A stretch of DNA of 63,722 bases, the filler included. It is 7 parts of 7 records of this genome, joined end to end, with 100 filler letters (N's around TTAATTAATTAA, not from the genome) between each part and the next. Parts side by side here need not be neighbours in the genome. Positions count along the whole stretch, not along the records: positions 39,689 to 46,267 come from SRR2962707_3670; positions 46,368 to 51,634 come from SRR2962707_3681; positions 51,735 to 57,711 come from SRR2962707_3684; 4 more parts are not named here. One strand, 5' to 3'. The notes below the pieces were generated by a model. That model did not search any database. It saw only the letters and a list, made by a program, of their open reading frames with translations, and was not told the DNA's origin. Positions within the stretch are counted from its first letter, which is position 1, and each line of letters opens with the position of its first letter. The translations under genes were made by a program, and so were the position numbers. Shown here one piece after another: positions 40,362-52,044 of this stretch.

Positions 40362-41699
40362 GTGCAGGCATTGTTGGCGGAAATTGGCGCGCTTGCCGAC
40401 GTAAGGCATTATGGACGCGTCGTCAGCATTCAGGGTTTGATGGTCGAAGTGGCCGGGCCGCTGCACGCCATGGGCGTCGGGAGCCGGCTTGCCGTGTCGA
40501 ACCGTGCGGGCGAAGAGGTTGTCTGCGAAGTCGTCGGCTTCCGCGATAACCGGGCGCTCTGTCTTCCTTTCGGTGCGCTTTCCGGCATTGGTGTCGGCTG
40601 CAAGGCGGTGCTTTCTTCCGAAGAGCCTCATGTCTATCCGTCGAGCGCATGGCTTGGCCGCGTCGTCAACGCGATGGGCGAGCCGATTGACGGCAAGGGT
40701 CCGATCGCGCAAGGCATCACTCCTTACCCGCTTCGCAATGCACCGCCGCCCGCCCATACGCGCAAGCGCGTGCGCGGCAAGGTCGATCTCGGCGTCAGGG
40801 CGCTCAACACGTTCACGACGGTCTGCCGCGGTCAGCGCATGGGCATCTTTGCCGGGTCGGGCGTCGGCAAGTCCGTTCTGCTTTCGATGCTCGCACGCAA
40901 CACCGCATGCGATGTCTCCGTGATCGGCCTTATCGGCGAACGCGGCCGTGAAGTGCAGGAATTCATCGAGGACGATCTCGGACCGGAAGGGCTGGCCCGC
41001 TCTGTGGTGGTCGTTGCGACGTCGGACGAACCGGCGCTAATGCGGCGCCAGGCGGCCTATCTCACGCTGTCGCTCGCCGAACACTTCCGAGACCGCGACC
41101 AGAACGTTCTTTGCATGATGGACAGCGTGACCCGCTTTGCCATCGCGCAGCGCGAGATAGGTCTTTCTACGGGCGAGCCGCCCACGAGCAAGGGCTATAC
41201 GCCGACGGTCTTCGCCGAACTGCCAAAACTTCTGGAGCGTGCGGGGCCGGGAACCGGCGCCGGCAGCATCACAGGCATCTTTACCGTTCTCGTAGATGGC
41301 GATGATCACAATGAGCCTGTCGCCGACGCGGTGCGCTCCATTCTCGACGGACATATTGTCATGGAACGCTCCATTGCCGAGCGTGGGCGTTATCCGGCGA
41401 TCAACGTTCTGAAATCGATTTCGCGCACCATGCCGGACTGCAACGAGGCGGAGGAAAACGAACTTATCCGCCGCTCCCGCACGCTTCTGGCGACCTATGA
41501 CGACATGGAAGAGCTTATCCGGCTCGGCGCCTATCGTCCGGGATCCGACCCTCAGGTCGATGAAGCCATCTACTATCAGCCCGCGCTCGATGCGTTCCTC
41601 GCGCAGCGCAAGCATGAAGCAAGCACCCTTGAAGAAGGATACCGGGCGCTTGCGGAAATTCTCGACAACGGGCCGCAGCCTGCCGGGGAGACTGAGTGA
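40362..41699 (+). CDS. fliI: Flagellar export ATPase FliI
   Basis: [34 protein letters not shown] and [12 protein letters not shown] motifs. Confidence 0.96.
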   Translation: MQALLAEIGALADVRHYGRVVSIQGLMVEVAGPLHAMGVGSRLAVSNRAGEEVVCEVVGFRDNRALCLPFGALSGIGVGCKAVLSSEEPHVYPSSAWLGRVVNAMGEPIDGKGPIAQGITPYPLRNAPPPAHTRKRVRGKVDLGVRALNTFTTVCRGQRMGIFAGSGVGKSVLLSMLARNTACDVSVIGLIGERGREVQEFIEDDLGPEGLARSVVVVATSDEPALMRRQAAYLTLSLAEHFRDRDQNVLCMMDSVTRFAIAQREIGLSTGEPPTSKGYTPTVFAELPKLLERAGPGTGAGSITGIFTVLVDGDDHNEPVADAVRSILDGHIVMERSIAERGRYPAINVLKSISRTMPDCNEAEENELIRRSRTLLATYDDMEELIRLGAYRPGSDPQVDEAIYYQPALDAFLAQRKHEASTLEEGYRALAEILDNGPQPAGETE

Positions 41700-42109
41700 T
41701 GCGTAACCGCGAATCCCTTATCAGGCTTCACAAGTTCCATGTAGATGAGAAGCGACGCAAAGTTGCCGAGCTTGAGCTGATGCTGGCAGAGTTCCGGCAG
41801 CGCGAACGCGACCTTGAAGCACAGGTCGAGATGGAGCAGCGCAAGGCGGGCATTTCCGATGTTGCCCATTTTGCCTATCCGATGTTTGCGAAATCCGTTA
41901 TCCGCCGCCGTGAAAATATTCTCGAATCGATCGAGGGCATCGAGCTGCAGCTCGAAGTCGCCAAGGACGAACTTGCCGGGGCGTTCCGGGAGTTGAAGAA
42001 ATACGAACTCCTCGAAGACAGCCGCAAGCGCAAGGTTCGCAAAGAGGTCATGCGCGTGGAACAGGCTGAACTCGACGAGATCGCCTTGACGATCCACCGC
42101 CGCCACTGA
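41696..42109 (+). CDS. fliJ: Flagellar export protein FliJ
   Basis: Coiled-coil ORF overlapping the fliI stop. [23 protein letters not shown] and EQAELDE motifs. Confidence 0.9.
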   Translation: MMRNRESLIRLHKFHVDEKRRKVAELELMLAEFRQRERDLEAQVEMEQRKAGISDVAHFAYPMFAKSVIRRRENILESIEGIELQLEVAKDELAGAFRELKKYELLEDSRKRKVRKEVMRVEQAELDEIALTIHRRH

Positions 42110-42195
42110 CGGCGGCTATTTCTACAAAACGGGCTTTCACCCCATCGCCGGTTCGTTAATATGGCCGCAGACATAACAAGCTGCGGTCAACGCCC

Positions 42196-42681
42196 ATGCC
42201 TTCCTTCGACATCGTTTCCAAGACAGATTTTGCCGAGATCGACAACGCGCTGCAGAACGTGACGCGCGAGATCGAGCAGAGATACGACTTCAAGGGGTCG
42301 CACTGCAGCGTGGAGCGCAAGGAGCAGGAGCTCACGATTGCCGCGGATGACGACCTGAAGCTGAAGCAGATGCACGAGCTGCTGCAGGGGCACCTGGCGC
42401 GGCGGAAGATCGAATCCGGCGTTCTCGACTATAAGGAGCCGGAAAAGGCCGCCGGGCAGAGCGTCAGGCAGAAGGTGGCGATCCGCGAAGGGATCGACAA
42501 GGAACTTGCCAAGCGGATCGTGAAAGACATCAAGGGATCGAAACTGAAAGTGCAGGTCGCCATTCAGGGCGACGAACTGCGGGTCTCCGGCAAGAAGCGG
42601 GATGACCTGCAGGACGCGATTCAGTTTGTGAAGGGGCTGAAAATCGAACAGCCCCTCCAATTCGACAATTTTCGCGATTAG
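42196..42681 (+). CDS. yajQ: YajQ family nucleotide/c-di-GMP-binding protein
   Basis: MPSFDIVS, RYDFKG, IQGDELRVSGKKRDDLQ and QFDNFRD motifs. Confidence 0.95.
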   Translation: MPSFDIVSKTDFAEIDNALQNVTREIEQRYDFKGSHCSVERKEQELTIAADDDLKLKQMHELLQGHLARRKIESGVLDYKEPEKAAGQSVRQKVAIREGIDKELAKRIVKDIKGSKLKVQVAIQGDELRVSGKKRDDLQDAIQFVKGLKIEQPLQFDNFRD

Positions 42682-43001
42682 CCGCGGAAGAACAGCCGCC
42701 GAACGAGATAGATCAGGCTGATGGCGATCAGGTAACCGACGAACCTGATGGCAACGAGCTTCAGCACTTCCATATCCAGGTAATCAGGCAGCGGGTTTGC
42801 AGCGCCCGCATAGAAGTTGCGGCCGATGTTCACCAGTTCGTGGACGACCGTTGCGCCGACTGCAAACACCAGTATCCGCTTGTACTGGCTCATCAGGATT
42901 GCGGCGATGAGCGCGATCACCAGCCCCTGAATCGAATTGACGGTGTCGAACCCCATTCGCGCCCATTCGAGCGCCTGGTTCAGATATTCGGTAATTTCCA
43001 T
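42678..43001 (-). CDS. Small three-TM hypothetical membrane protein
   Basis: GAGGGG RBS before ATG 43001. Hydrophobic helices (QGLVIALIAAIL; FVGYLIAISLIYLVRR). Confidence 0.7.
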   Translation of the reverse strand: MEITEYLNQALEWARMGFDTVNSIQGLVIALIAAILMSQYKRILVFAVGATVVHELVNIGRNFYAGAANPLPDYLDMEVLKLVAIRFVGYLIAISLIYLVRRLFFRG

Positions 43002-43325
43002 CTTGTCCCCCTCAAGCAATACAAAAACGGGAGACCCCTCTCCCGCAACCATGTCCACAGCCTGCCACCACGCAGGCGCTGTGTTCATTCATGAGGGGAG
43101 GTTAGCCCAAAATGGGACAACGTCTAGCTATTTACGCTGCGAAACCGTCAGTCTGCGTCGCAAAACCGTCACGACCGGCGGGCCTCCGCCGTTTTCAGAA
43201 GGGTATGGCGAGGAAACGCCGGGCCGGCACAAACCGGCTTTCAAGATCACTCACGCGCATTGCTGTGCGATGGAGCGATCTCTTTGGTTAACGCCGAGGC
43301 TGCCCGCGTGTCGTGGTCGAAGGCG

Positions 43326-45461
43326 TCAGACGCTGCCGACCGTGCGCAGGCGAACGCGCGGGTGGATTTCATTCTGCGACATGACGAATGTCTGGGGACG
43401 GAAACGCTCGATGATCGAACGCACATAAGGACGCACGCCGGGGCTGGTGAGAAGAACCGGAACGTCGCCGGCGCGAGCGGCTTCCTCGAAACGGTCCCGC
43501 ATGGCCGCAATGAATTCCTGCAGCAGGGAGGGCTGCATCGCGAGCTGCTTTTCCTCGCCCTGACCGACCAGAGATTCGGCGAAGGCTTGTTCCCAGCGCG
43601 GCGAGAGAGTAACGAGCGGAACCGCGTTTTCTCCATCCGTATGGGCGGCGCAAATCTGACGCGCGAGGCGAGCGCGGACATGCTCGGTGATGAGCGTGAG
43701 GCTCTGGGTGTGGCCAACCGCTTCCGCGATGCCCTCCATGATGGTCGGCAGGTCGCGGATCGAAATGCGCTCGTTGAGCAGCGTTTGCAGCACGCGCTGG
43801 ATGCCCGTGACGGTGATCTGGGACGGGACGAGATCCTCGACGAGCTTCTTGTGTTCCTTGCCGAGTTCGTCGAGCAGCTTTTGCACTTCCGCGTAGGAGA
43901 GCAGATCCGCCATGTTGTCCTTGATGATCTCGGTGAGATGCGTGGTGAGAACCGTCGGCGGGTCGACAACCGTGTAGCCGCGGAAGGATGCTTCCTCGCG
44001 CAGTCCCTCGTCGATCCAGGTTGCGGGCAGGCCAAAGGCAGGCTCGGTCGTGTGCAGGCCCGGCAACTGAATCTGGCCGCCATGCGGGTCCATGATGAGA
44101 AGCTGGCCGACATAGACGTCGCCACGGCCGGACTCAACTTCCTTGACGCGGATGACGTAGCTGTTGGCGTCGATCTGCACATTGTCGAGGATGCGTACCG
44201 ACGGCATGACGAAGCCCATGTCGCTGGCGATCTGGCGACGCAGCGCCTTGATCTGGTCGGTGAGCTTCTTGTGGTCCTTGCCGTTGATGAGCGGCAGGAG
44301 CGCATAGCCGATTTCGAGGCGCAGTTCGTCCATCTTGAGCGCGGTGCTGATCGGCTCTTCTGCCACGGGAGCGTCTTCCGCCTCCCTTTCCTTCGCAAAG
44401 GTGAGTTCGTTCTCCTTGCGCTTTCGACTTTTGGTTAGATAGTAGGCGAGCCCACCTGAACCACCCGCGAGAAGAAGAAACGGGATTGCCGGCAGACCGG
44501 GCAGCAGTGCCATCGTGCCCATCACGAAGGACGACATGCCGAGCGCTTGCGGATAACCCGAAAGCTGATCGAAGAGTGCTTTGTCCGCAGCGCCTTCAAC
44601 GCCTGCCTTGGAAACGAGAAGGCCTGCGGCGGTCGAAACGATTAGGGCGGGAATCTGGCTGACAAGGCCGTCGCCGACCGTCAGCAGTGTGTAGGTGTGA
44701 GCGGCGTCGCCGAAGCTCATGCCGTTCTGCGCAACACCGATCACAATGCCGCCGATGACATTGATGAAGGTGATGAGCAGTCCGGCGATGGCGTCGCCGC
44801 GAACGAACTTCGATGCGCCGTCCATGGCGCCGAAAAAGGAGCTTTCCTTTTCGAGGTTCGAACGGCGCTCGCGGGCTTCCTTTTCGTCGATCAGGCCGCC
44901 GGAGAGGTCTGCGTCGATCGCCATCTGCTTGCCAGGCATCGCGTCGAGTGTGAATCGCGCGGCGACTTCAGCGATGCGGCCCGAGCCCTTGGTGATAACG
45001 ACGAAGTTCACAATCACGAGGATCGCAAACACGATCACGCCGATGACGAAGTTACCTTGCATGACGAAGTTGCCGAAGGCCTCGATGACCTTGCCGGCAC
45101 TCGCCGTGCCTTCATGGCCCTGGCCGAGGATGAGGCGCGTTGATGCGAGGTTGAGCGCAAGGCGCAACATTGTCGCGATGAGAAGGACGGTCGGAAAGGC
45201 GCTGAACTCGAGCGGCCTCTGGATAAAGAGCGCCGTCATCAGAACAAGCACCGCGAAGGTGATCGAGATGGCGAGCGAGAAATCGAGCAGGAATGCGGGC
45301 AGGGGCAGGATCAGGACGACGATGATCGCCATGACGCCGAGCGCCAGCGCGAGATCGCCGCGCTTGGCGAGATCGGTCAACAGGCTGCCGGGCGTCATGC
45401 CGGAGAAGCCGAACCCATTCCCTTGTCCTTTTTTCGGCGCGGCGCTGCTCGCGTCACTCAT
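43326..45461 (-). CDS. flhA: Flagellar biosynthesis protein FlhA
   Basis: RLALNLASTR, RIAEVAARFTLDAMPGKQMAIDADL, FFGAMDGASKFVRGDA and TVGDGLVSQIPAL motifs. Confidence 0.97.
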   Translation of the reverse strand: MSDASSAAPKKGQGNGFGFSGMTPGSLLTDLAKRGDLALALGVMAIIVVLILPLPAFLLDFSLAISITFAVLVLMTALFIQRPLEFSAFPTVLLIATMLRLALNLASTRLILGQGHEGTASAGKVIEAFGNFVMQGNFVIGVIVFAILVIVNFVVITKGSGRIAEVAARFTLDAMPGKQMAIDADLSGGLIDEKEARERRSNLEKESSFFGAMDGASKFVRGDAIAGLLITFINVIGGIVIGVAQNGMSFGDAAHTYTLLTVGDGLVSQIPALIVSTAAGLLVSKAGVEGAADKALFDQLSGYPQALGMSSFVMGTMALLPGLPAIPFLLLAGGSGGLAYYLTKSRKRKENELTFAKEREAEDAPVAEEPISTALKMDELRLEIGYALLPLINGKDHKKLTDQIKALRRQIASDMGFVMPSVRILDNVQIDANSYVIRVKEVESGRGDVYVGQLLIMDPHGGQIQLPGLHTTEPAFGLPATWIDEGLREEASFRGYTVVDPPTVLTTHLTEIIKDNMADLLSYAEVQKLLDELGKEHKKLVEDLVPSQITVTGIQRVLQTLLNERISIRDLPTIMEGIAEAVGHTQSLTLITEHVRARLARQICAAHTDGENAVPLVTLSPRWEQAFAESLVGQGEEKQLAMQPSLLQEFIAAMRDRFEEAARAGDVPVLLTSPGVRPYVRSIIERFRPQTFVMSQNEIHPRVRLRTVGSV

Positions 45462-45501
45462 TTATTCGCTTCCTTGAAAAACCTGATACCGGCTGCCGAA
45501 A

Positions 45502-46267
45502 TCAACCGAACTGGGGACGGGCTTCGCCCGGCGTGGGAACCGGGATTCCCTGTTCCCCGTATTCCTTGAGCTTGTTGCGCAAGGTACGAATGGAGATGCC
45601 GAGAATGTTCGCCGCATGCGTGCGATTGCCGAAGCAGTGGTCGAGCGTCTGCAGGATGAGATCCTGTTCGACTTCGGCGACCGTCTTGCCGACGAAGGCG
45701 CGAGAGACCGCGTCCGCAGCGGCTGCTGCCTTCTGGGCGACGCCGTTCAGCGGTGTGTCTTCGAGGCGTGTGCCATCGGGCAAGCGGATGGCGTTGACGT
45801 CGATTTCTTCGGCGGTCGTGAGGAGGACTGCGCGATGCATCGTGTTTTCGAGCTCGCGCACATTGCCCGACCAGCGATGACGCGTGAGGAAGCCGAGAGC
45901 TTCCGCCGAGAGAGCCTTGGGCGGCAAGCCATTCGTCCTGGCATAGCGCGCCGCGAAATGGTCCGCGAGTGCGAGAATGTCGGCGGGACGTTCGCGAAGA
46001 GCCGGAAGCTGCAGGTTCACGACGTTCAGGCGGTAGAAAAGGTCTTCGCGAAAGCGGCCGGAACGGGCTTCGGTCTGAAGGTCACGGTTCGAGGTCGCAA
46101 TAATGCGGATGTTGACCCTGACGGGGCTCTTGCCGCCGACGCGATCGATCTCGCGTTCCTGGATCGCGCGCAGGAGTTTTGCCTGCAGGCGGATATCCAT
46201 TTCGCTGATTTCGTCGAGCAGCAATGTGCCGCCGTCCGCCTCTTCGAACTTGCCGATGCGGCGGGCG
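45502..46267 (-). CDS. flbD: Sigma-54-dependent flagellar activator FlbD (5' truncated)
   Basis: LLDEISEM, FREDLFYRLNV, WSGNVRELEN and HTH GNRTHAANILGISIRTLRNKL. Directly upstream of flhA. Confidence 0.88.
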
Positions 46268-46367
46268 NNNNNNNNNNNNNNNNNNNNNNNNNNNNNNNNN
46301 NNNNNNNNNNNTTAATTAATTAANNNNNNNNNNNNNNNNNNNNNNNNNNNNNNNNNNNNNNNNNNNN
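46268..46367. other. Artificial contig spacer
   Basis: Same 100-nt linker. Confidence 0.98.
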
Positions 46368-46470
46368 CACTCACTCAAACACTCAAACACTCACTCAAAC
46401 ACTCAAACACTCACGCCCATAGTGAGCACAGGGCAGCGCAAGAAAAAGCACACTCACTCACTCACTCACG
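46368..46470. repeat. (CACT)n/(CACTCAAA)n simple repeat
   Basis: Directly visible at the contig start. The complementary (GAGT/GTGA)n tract lies at about 51310-51375. Confidence 0.8.
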
Positions 46471-47548
46471 CACCCACACAGCAGCAGCTGCTGCTGCTGC
46501 TGCTCGCCGCCCACTTTCACAAGGCCACACAACACGCCCTTTATAAACACTTTCACAACGAACCTCTAACCACTGTTCTTTTCCCAACATCTATTTATCA
46601 CTCTTCAACTGCTCTTACTAAATCTCCAGAAATTCTCCCTTGCTCAACCGCCACCCCCCGCCTGCTGACTTTTTTGCCGCTTTCCTGCAGTTTTTGCTGC
46701 TTTTAGGGCTCAAATAGTAAAAACAGTTAAGATAATAAGATAATATGAATATAATCAAGTTAAATACATCGGTATATTACTAATTGTTACGTTGAAAATC
46801 CGCGAGAAAAGCTCAAGAGTGACTGCGAGCAACGTGCTGGATCCAAGGCTGAAAGTTAGGGAGAGGAGAGTAGCGTCGCGTGCGGCGAGGGTGAGAAGGC
46901 GGGGAGAGCGCACGTTGTGGCGGTGTGCGATGCGGTGGAGGGTTTCGAAAAGGGACCGTTGGCTTCGCACCGGTAGAAAACTCTACTGCGTGCCGAATGC
47001 CTTTGTCCCGTACCCTGCAGGGTGGGGTTCACTCAACTTGACTGACTTGACTTACTTACTTGTTGATCGCTACTAATTTTATTAATTGGTGCTGCAATGC
47101 GAATGAGGATGCGAATGCGAATGGTGGTGGCGTGGTTGAGGCTTTTCGCGGGATTTTCGCTTCCGGTGGTGTGGCGCAGGCGGGAATGACAAGGGTCTGG
47201 TGCACAGTGTCGAGGGTGCTCACGGAGGGTCTTGGTGGCGCGACGAGCAGTGGAATGGCCAAGGAGTGTGGCGGTGGCGGTTTCGGAGGGAGGGGGTGGC
47301 GAGGAGGTGGAGCAAGGTGGATGCGGTAATGAATGGCTATTGTGTCGTCGCCAGGCGGTTGCAGAGGTGTTGTGGCCAAGACATTCTGGGGTTCCGAAGG
47401 ATGGGCAGCAAGGTGCACAACTAGTTTCGTGGGGAGAGCTTTTGTGTACGGCGAGCGAGTACGAATCGCGAACGGTGCCCTTGGTTCTCGTTTACTTTGA
47501 GCACCAGGGTAAGCCTTGGCACGACCACGCGGGCAAATGTAGCAACAT

Positions 47549-50500
47549 TTACTCAAAGGCTGGCATAATGCGGTAGCGCTGCGTCTCGTTGGTACATGCT
47601 GGGACACCGCACATTGGACCTTGTGCTTTCGCTTCGTACAAGTCCCAGAACTGGTTGCTGCAGGTCGCGTTGCATTCGCCGATCAACTCCTCCTGCGCAT
47701 GACGACCATGACCATGCATGCAACAAATGAAAACAGTGACGACAAAATACTGACTTCGCTTCCCGCCAAAAAACGCGAGTATACACTGACACCGGAACGG
47801 CACTCCTCACGCACCGGGGAGCTCCCTCCAACACGTGGTCCTGGAGCTCTTGCAAACAGTTCAAGGTTTGATCGATTGAGATCTGCCCACATCTGATGGC
47901 AGTCAACGACAGTAGCACACAACGTCCACAATAATCTTGGTGTGCACGGATGCTCACGACAATCGCACGCCCCACTGCAGGAAGTGCAGCTGTTATCATA
48001 CCTGCTGACGCAACTGTGGGTAATTGCTCGAGATATCGGTATACTCACTGATATCGGCAGTGACATTGAACAGGCAAGGGACCAAGTTGCTTCGATTTTT
48101 GAAAGCGCAACCACAGGCACACTGCTCCGGTGTCGCATCCACATACCTACGTCAAGACATTGCAACAGGTTGGTCAATGAACACTCGCGACGTCAAAAAC
48201 AACCATTGTGCGAGCGACTCTCGACGTACGGCTCAATGGATGAGTTTGCCGTGTTGCACCGGGGCTGCGATATTCCACCACACTTCCACCCATAAATGGG
48301 ATTTTGCTGCGTTTTAGCAGGCTCCTGCTGGGCAACAAGCAACTTCAAGTCTCCTCTGATTAGGACCTGCACCACGAAGCATGTGCAATTTTTTATTGAG
48401 GTGAATGCATTTTTGGGCCCGACGTGAATTATCAGTTCAGTTTCGCTGCCCAAACCTCAGCGGAAAGCCAAAGCTGTTCGTGCACTGCAGACACGTTTTT
48501 CTGCTGCTCTGGATGAGTGTGCGCATCCCACACATTCTTGCCTTCAGAACATTGCACAAGTGCTGTTGTTGTAAGGACGAGGGAAACGACAATCCAAGCT
48601 GGCAAAAGGAAAATCGACAAACGGTCAGCCAACAGGAGCCCACATACCGTCGACACCTGGAAAACTGCTATTGCCGTAGATGTCTTTGCATGGCGTTTCC
48701 ATTGGATTCTTCAAGTCAGAGAAGCAGCAGGTTCAATCACATTGGGAAGAGAAAGCAAAGGCACATTACGATATGAGCAAGCTCATGTGACACCGCGGGC
48801 AGAAAAAAGCCCACCTCGATGCACGGGTCGCCAGGAAAGTCCACAGGTCTTGGTGCCACTGCTGGATCGTCACGGCACATCACAAAGTCAGGGCCCCCAG
48901 CTGGGTTTGCCTATCAACAACACAACCCGATTTCGGAGAATAATCAAAACCCCTGTGTCGAACAGCTGACCAATAGACTGATGCAATCAAGGTACAGGTA
49001 CAGAATCATTGTTGTCACGCGCCAGTTCGCAAGCCGTGGTGTACCAGTCAGCAATGTGTGACACCACACGAGAGCGGCTTCCACGCACAGATTCCGGTAC
49101 TAAGCCACCAGAAATGAAACTGGCAGCACTTTCATACCGACACAGGACAGCTGTTAGACCACTCAAGCACAACCATGAGTTCAGCCAGCAGCCACAGTGC
49201 TAATTCAAAGTCATACCGCATTCCACCCTCCCAGTTTGTGTGTTTGCTGCCTCTCAGCGGCCAGTTGCAACCGAGGTCATCTCCTCCATTATCAGCAGAA
49301 TAGAGCAGAACCGAGTTGTTCCACATGCCTTTGCTCTTCAACGTCGACACCAGTCGACCCATCCACCTGCCAACAGCCAATTCCAAAATATCCAATGCAT
49401 GCCACCCCATGGCAATTTTTGATGAGGAAGACCAAAAACAGTGAGACAGGGTTTCCAGAGGCGTGTGCAAACACAAGGCAGCACGACGCAGCGTGAATAG
49501 ACAAAGACTGAAGTCGACGCACTCATCGGTGGCGGCCAGCATGCCGCGCAGAACGTCGCCTTGCCACCCATTTGGAGCCTGGTACGGAGCATGAACATTC
49601 TGCCACGGGAGGTAGAAGAAAAGCGGCTTGGACTGTGGGGACTGCGGATCGTACGCCTCCAGTGTGCGAAGCGCGTGGTCGCCGTAGATGTCTGCACTAT
49701 AGCTTGTGTTGGAGTATGGGCAATTTCCGCCTGTTCACAAGCGGACGCGTTGGAAAATGAGAACCAAAATGTCAACAGGTCGTGCATGAAAATTCAGCAC
49801 AGATATCAACACGGACAACAAACCCCATCGTTCTGCCGAAAAATGGTCTTGGGCTCCTCCGAGAAACCCAACAAAGTCATCAAAGCCCAGTTGTTGAGGC
49901 AGGTGGCGCCAGCTCTTGTAGCCGGTGTGACCTTTTCCATACCAGTGCGTGGCGTAGCCTGCCTCTCGCATCTTGTGCCCAATTGTCTTCCAGCGCAGGT
50001 CGATATCGTCTCCATCAGCGATACCACTGAGGTACCTGAGCACCCATTGAGTAAGTGGCAATGCACAATACATTCGTATGTGGGCCCACGAATAATTGCA
50101 CGCACATACAAGTGCACACCAGCACAAACCATTCCCAGAATTCGACAGCAGTCACAAGATGTGCTGTCAGCCATACAATTGATCAAAAGATAAATCGCTT
50201 TCCGGAACTTACTCGGAGTGATGAAGCGGAAGTCGCCCTGTGAGCACAGAGCGACGTGTCGGAGAACAGTGCCAGTGCACGTAGTGCCGTTCGAGGATCA
50301 CGCCTTCGTTGGCAGCCGCCGTAATGTTCCCCGTAACATCCAAATTCACAGTGTTTCCATAAAAGGCCACATCATCATGCCCGAGATCGTCCTGAACATC
50401 GGCAGCGCCATCAACAAGACCCAATCAAATACAGTAAAATCAGCAACTGCTACACCTCAAAGCACTTTGCCTATCCAATTCTCAAAGGCGCCCGGAATAC

Positions 50501-51036
50501 CAATACCGGCCTCACCAGCCTGCACAACAAAGACTGACCTGTAAAAAAATGAACACATGAGGCTGCACTTTCCCTTGAGCCAGAGCCGCACGGCGAGCTT
50601 CAGCAACGGGTTCACTGGGTTGGCGCAGCAGGTGCTGAAAGGGCCTCGAGTGAGAGACAGATGAAGGAGCCCCTCCGCCAGGACAAGGCGGGGCTGGGCC
50701 CGGTGGTGTTGGCGCAGTCGAGATGCGACCCTGTAGGCAGATCGCGACCCCGCAGTCGTACACTTCTCCGAGCTCCGTCTTCAGATTGCAGACAACTTCG
50801 GTGTCGTTCACTTGACGCAAGATCCACGCCTTGCACTGCGGAAACTCGTCGCAGGCTGCGCAGCAGGCCGTTGGAGTCGTGGCAGCTGGTCTGTGAACGG
50901 AGTTGCCACGCACGTCGTATCCAGGGTCGAGCGCGGGCCAGGTGCAGGAAGAGGAAGAAAGAGACGAGAGGCCCAGACAAGACGGACAGACAGAGGCTGC
51001 AGCCAGCAACAACAAGACCGGTGTGGCCGCCGCCAT
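47549..51036 (-). CDS. Eukaryotic secreted arylsulfatase (ARSB-like, S1 family) with an N-terminal PAN/Apple-like domain, about 12 exons
   Basis: Signal peptide and CCAACDEFPQCKAW. PHVFIFLQ|DDLG spans intron 50392-50538. Also CSPTR formylglycine motif with LTGR, GKGH, PLFFYLPWQNVHAP, ADNGG, PLRGSKHTNWEGG, HIADW, PCLFNV and the end GPMCGVPAC...FE*. Confidence 0.88.
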
Positions 51037-51425
51037 GCTTGCAGAAGACGTTTGTGCACGCCTCAGCTGCCTCCCCGTCCAGTAGCAAACGAAGGAAAAC
51101 GCAAAACGAAAAGAAGAACACAAAATCACCGCACCCCTCCCATCCCTACCGCGCATTTAAAGGCAACAACAAAAAAAGGCAAACGTTCTTATTTCCACTC
51201 CTTCGCTTCCTTGGCCTTCCTTCCTTGCGAGGCTGTTCCTTTGGTAACTGCAACACGTGCGCTTGAATGGGGGGACGGCCAGAGAAGAAACTACTCTGTG
51301 AGGGCACCGAAGTGGTGAGTGAGTGAAGTGGTGGGTGAGTGGTGAATGAGGGAGAGAGTGAGAGAGAGTGAGTGAAGAAGGGAGGAGGGTGAACTCTCTC
51401 GGCTGGTTCACAGATAGAAGTTCTA

Positions 51426-51634
51426 CAGGCTATGGAATTGTGTTGTATTGCACCTAATTGTATGGTCTATTTTTTGTATTGTATTATTCTGTATTATATT
51501 GTATAATTTTACGTCATTCACCTTACCAGCTAAGCGTACTTATTCAATAATAATTGAAAGAATACACCAACCCCTATTGTGTCACTTTCGTACTACTTTA
51601 GTAAGAATTTCCACCGTGCAGAGCTGCCTTCTGA
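51426..51634 (-). mobile_element. Dispersed repeat copy A (putative non-LTR retrotransposon 3' end), cut by contig end
   Basis: Shares CAGAGCTGCCTTCTGA and TAAGCGTACT/TTAGCGTACT blocks with copies B and C. The minus strand reads QKAALHGGNSY*, followed by a short UTR and an (ATACA)-like tail. Confidence 0.6.
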
Positions 51635-51734
51635 NNNNNNNNNNNNNNNNNNNNNNNNNNNNNNNNNNNNNNNNNNNNTTAATTAATTAANNNNNNNNNN
51701 NNNNNNNNNNNNNNNNNNNNNNNNNNNNNNNNNN
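51635..51734. other. Artificial contig spacer
   Basis: Same 100-nt linker. Confidence 0.98.
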
Positions 51735-51977
51735 AAGTTGGATGACCCGGTCTGCTCAGACAATTGTCACCCCCAATGGGGCAAGACGGTTTTTCTTGGA
51801 AAGGCCGGCTTTTTCGATTCGCCTTGGAAGGCCTACCTGCTGAATGTTTCATATTCAATTCAGAAGGCAGCTCTGCATGGTGAAAATTCTTATTAGTGGC
51901 ACAATAGGGGTGGATGTATTCTTTCAATGAATGAATGAGTACGCTAAGTTGTAGGATGAATGAAATCAAATCAAATT
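51735..51977 (+). mobile_element. Dispersed repeat copy B (putative non-LTR retrotransposon 3' end)
   Basis: Open frame from the contig edge to TAG 51894-51896 (...WKAYLLNVSYSIQKAALHGENSY*), then AGTACGCTAAG and an (AAATC)-like tail. Confidence 0.6.
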
Positions 51978-52044
51978 TCCAATAGATTACAAATTGCTTC
52001 TTCCTGCTGCATTTTTGTGAACGTCGACGACGCACAGTCTAGAT

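Noticed and set aside
32740-46367. Bacterial genes next to eukaryotic genes as evidence of horizontal transfer
   Set aside because: Every domain switch coincides with a linker, and no contig mixes the two.
48911-49022. Possible GC-AG intron in the sulfatase (CTG|GCGCGT), and another at 36851
   Set aside because: In-phase GT donors exist nearby (GTACCT in the sulfatase; GTGCGA at 36896), so a non-canonical donor is not required.
51530-51948. Copies A and B form an apparent inverted repeat around the gap, like transposon termini
   Set aside because: They lie on different contigs separated by the artificial linker, so their relative orientation is arbitrary.
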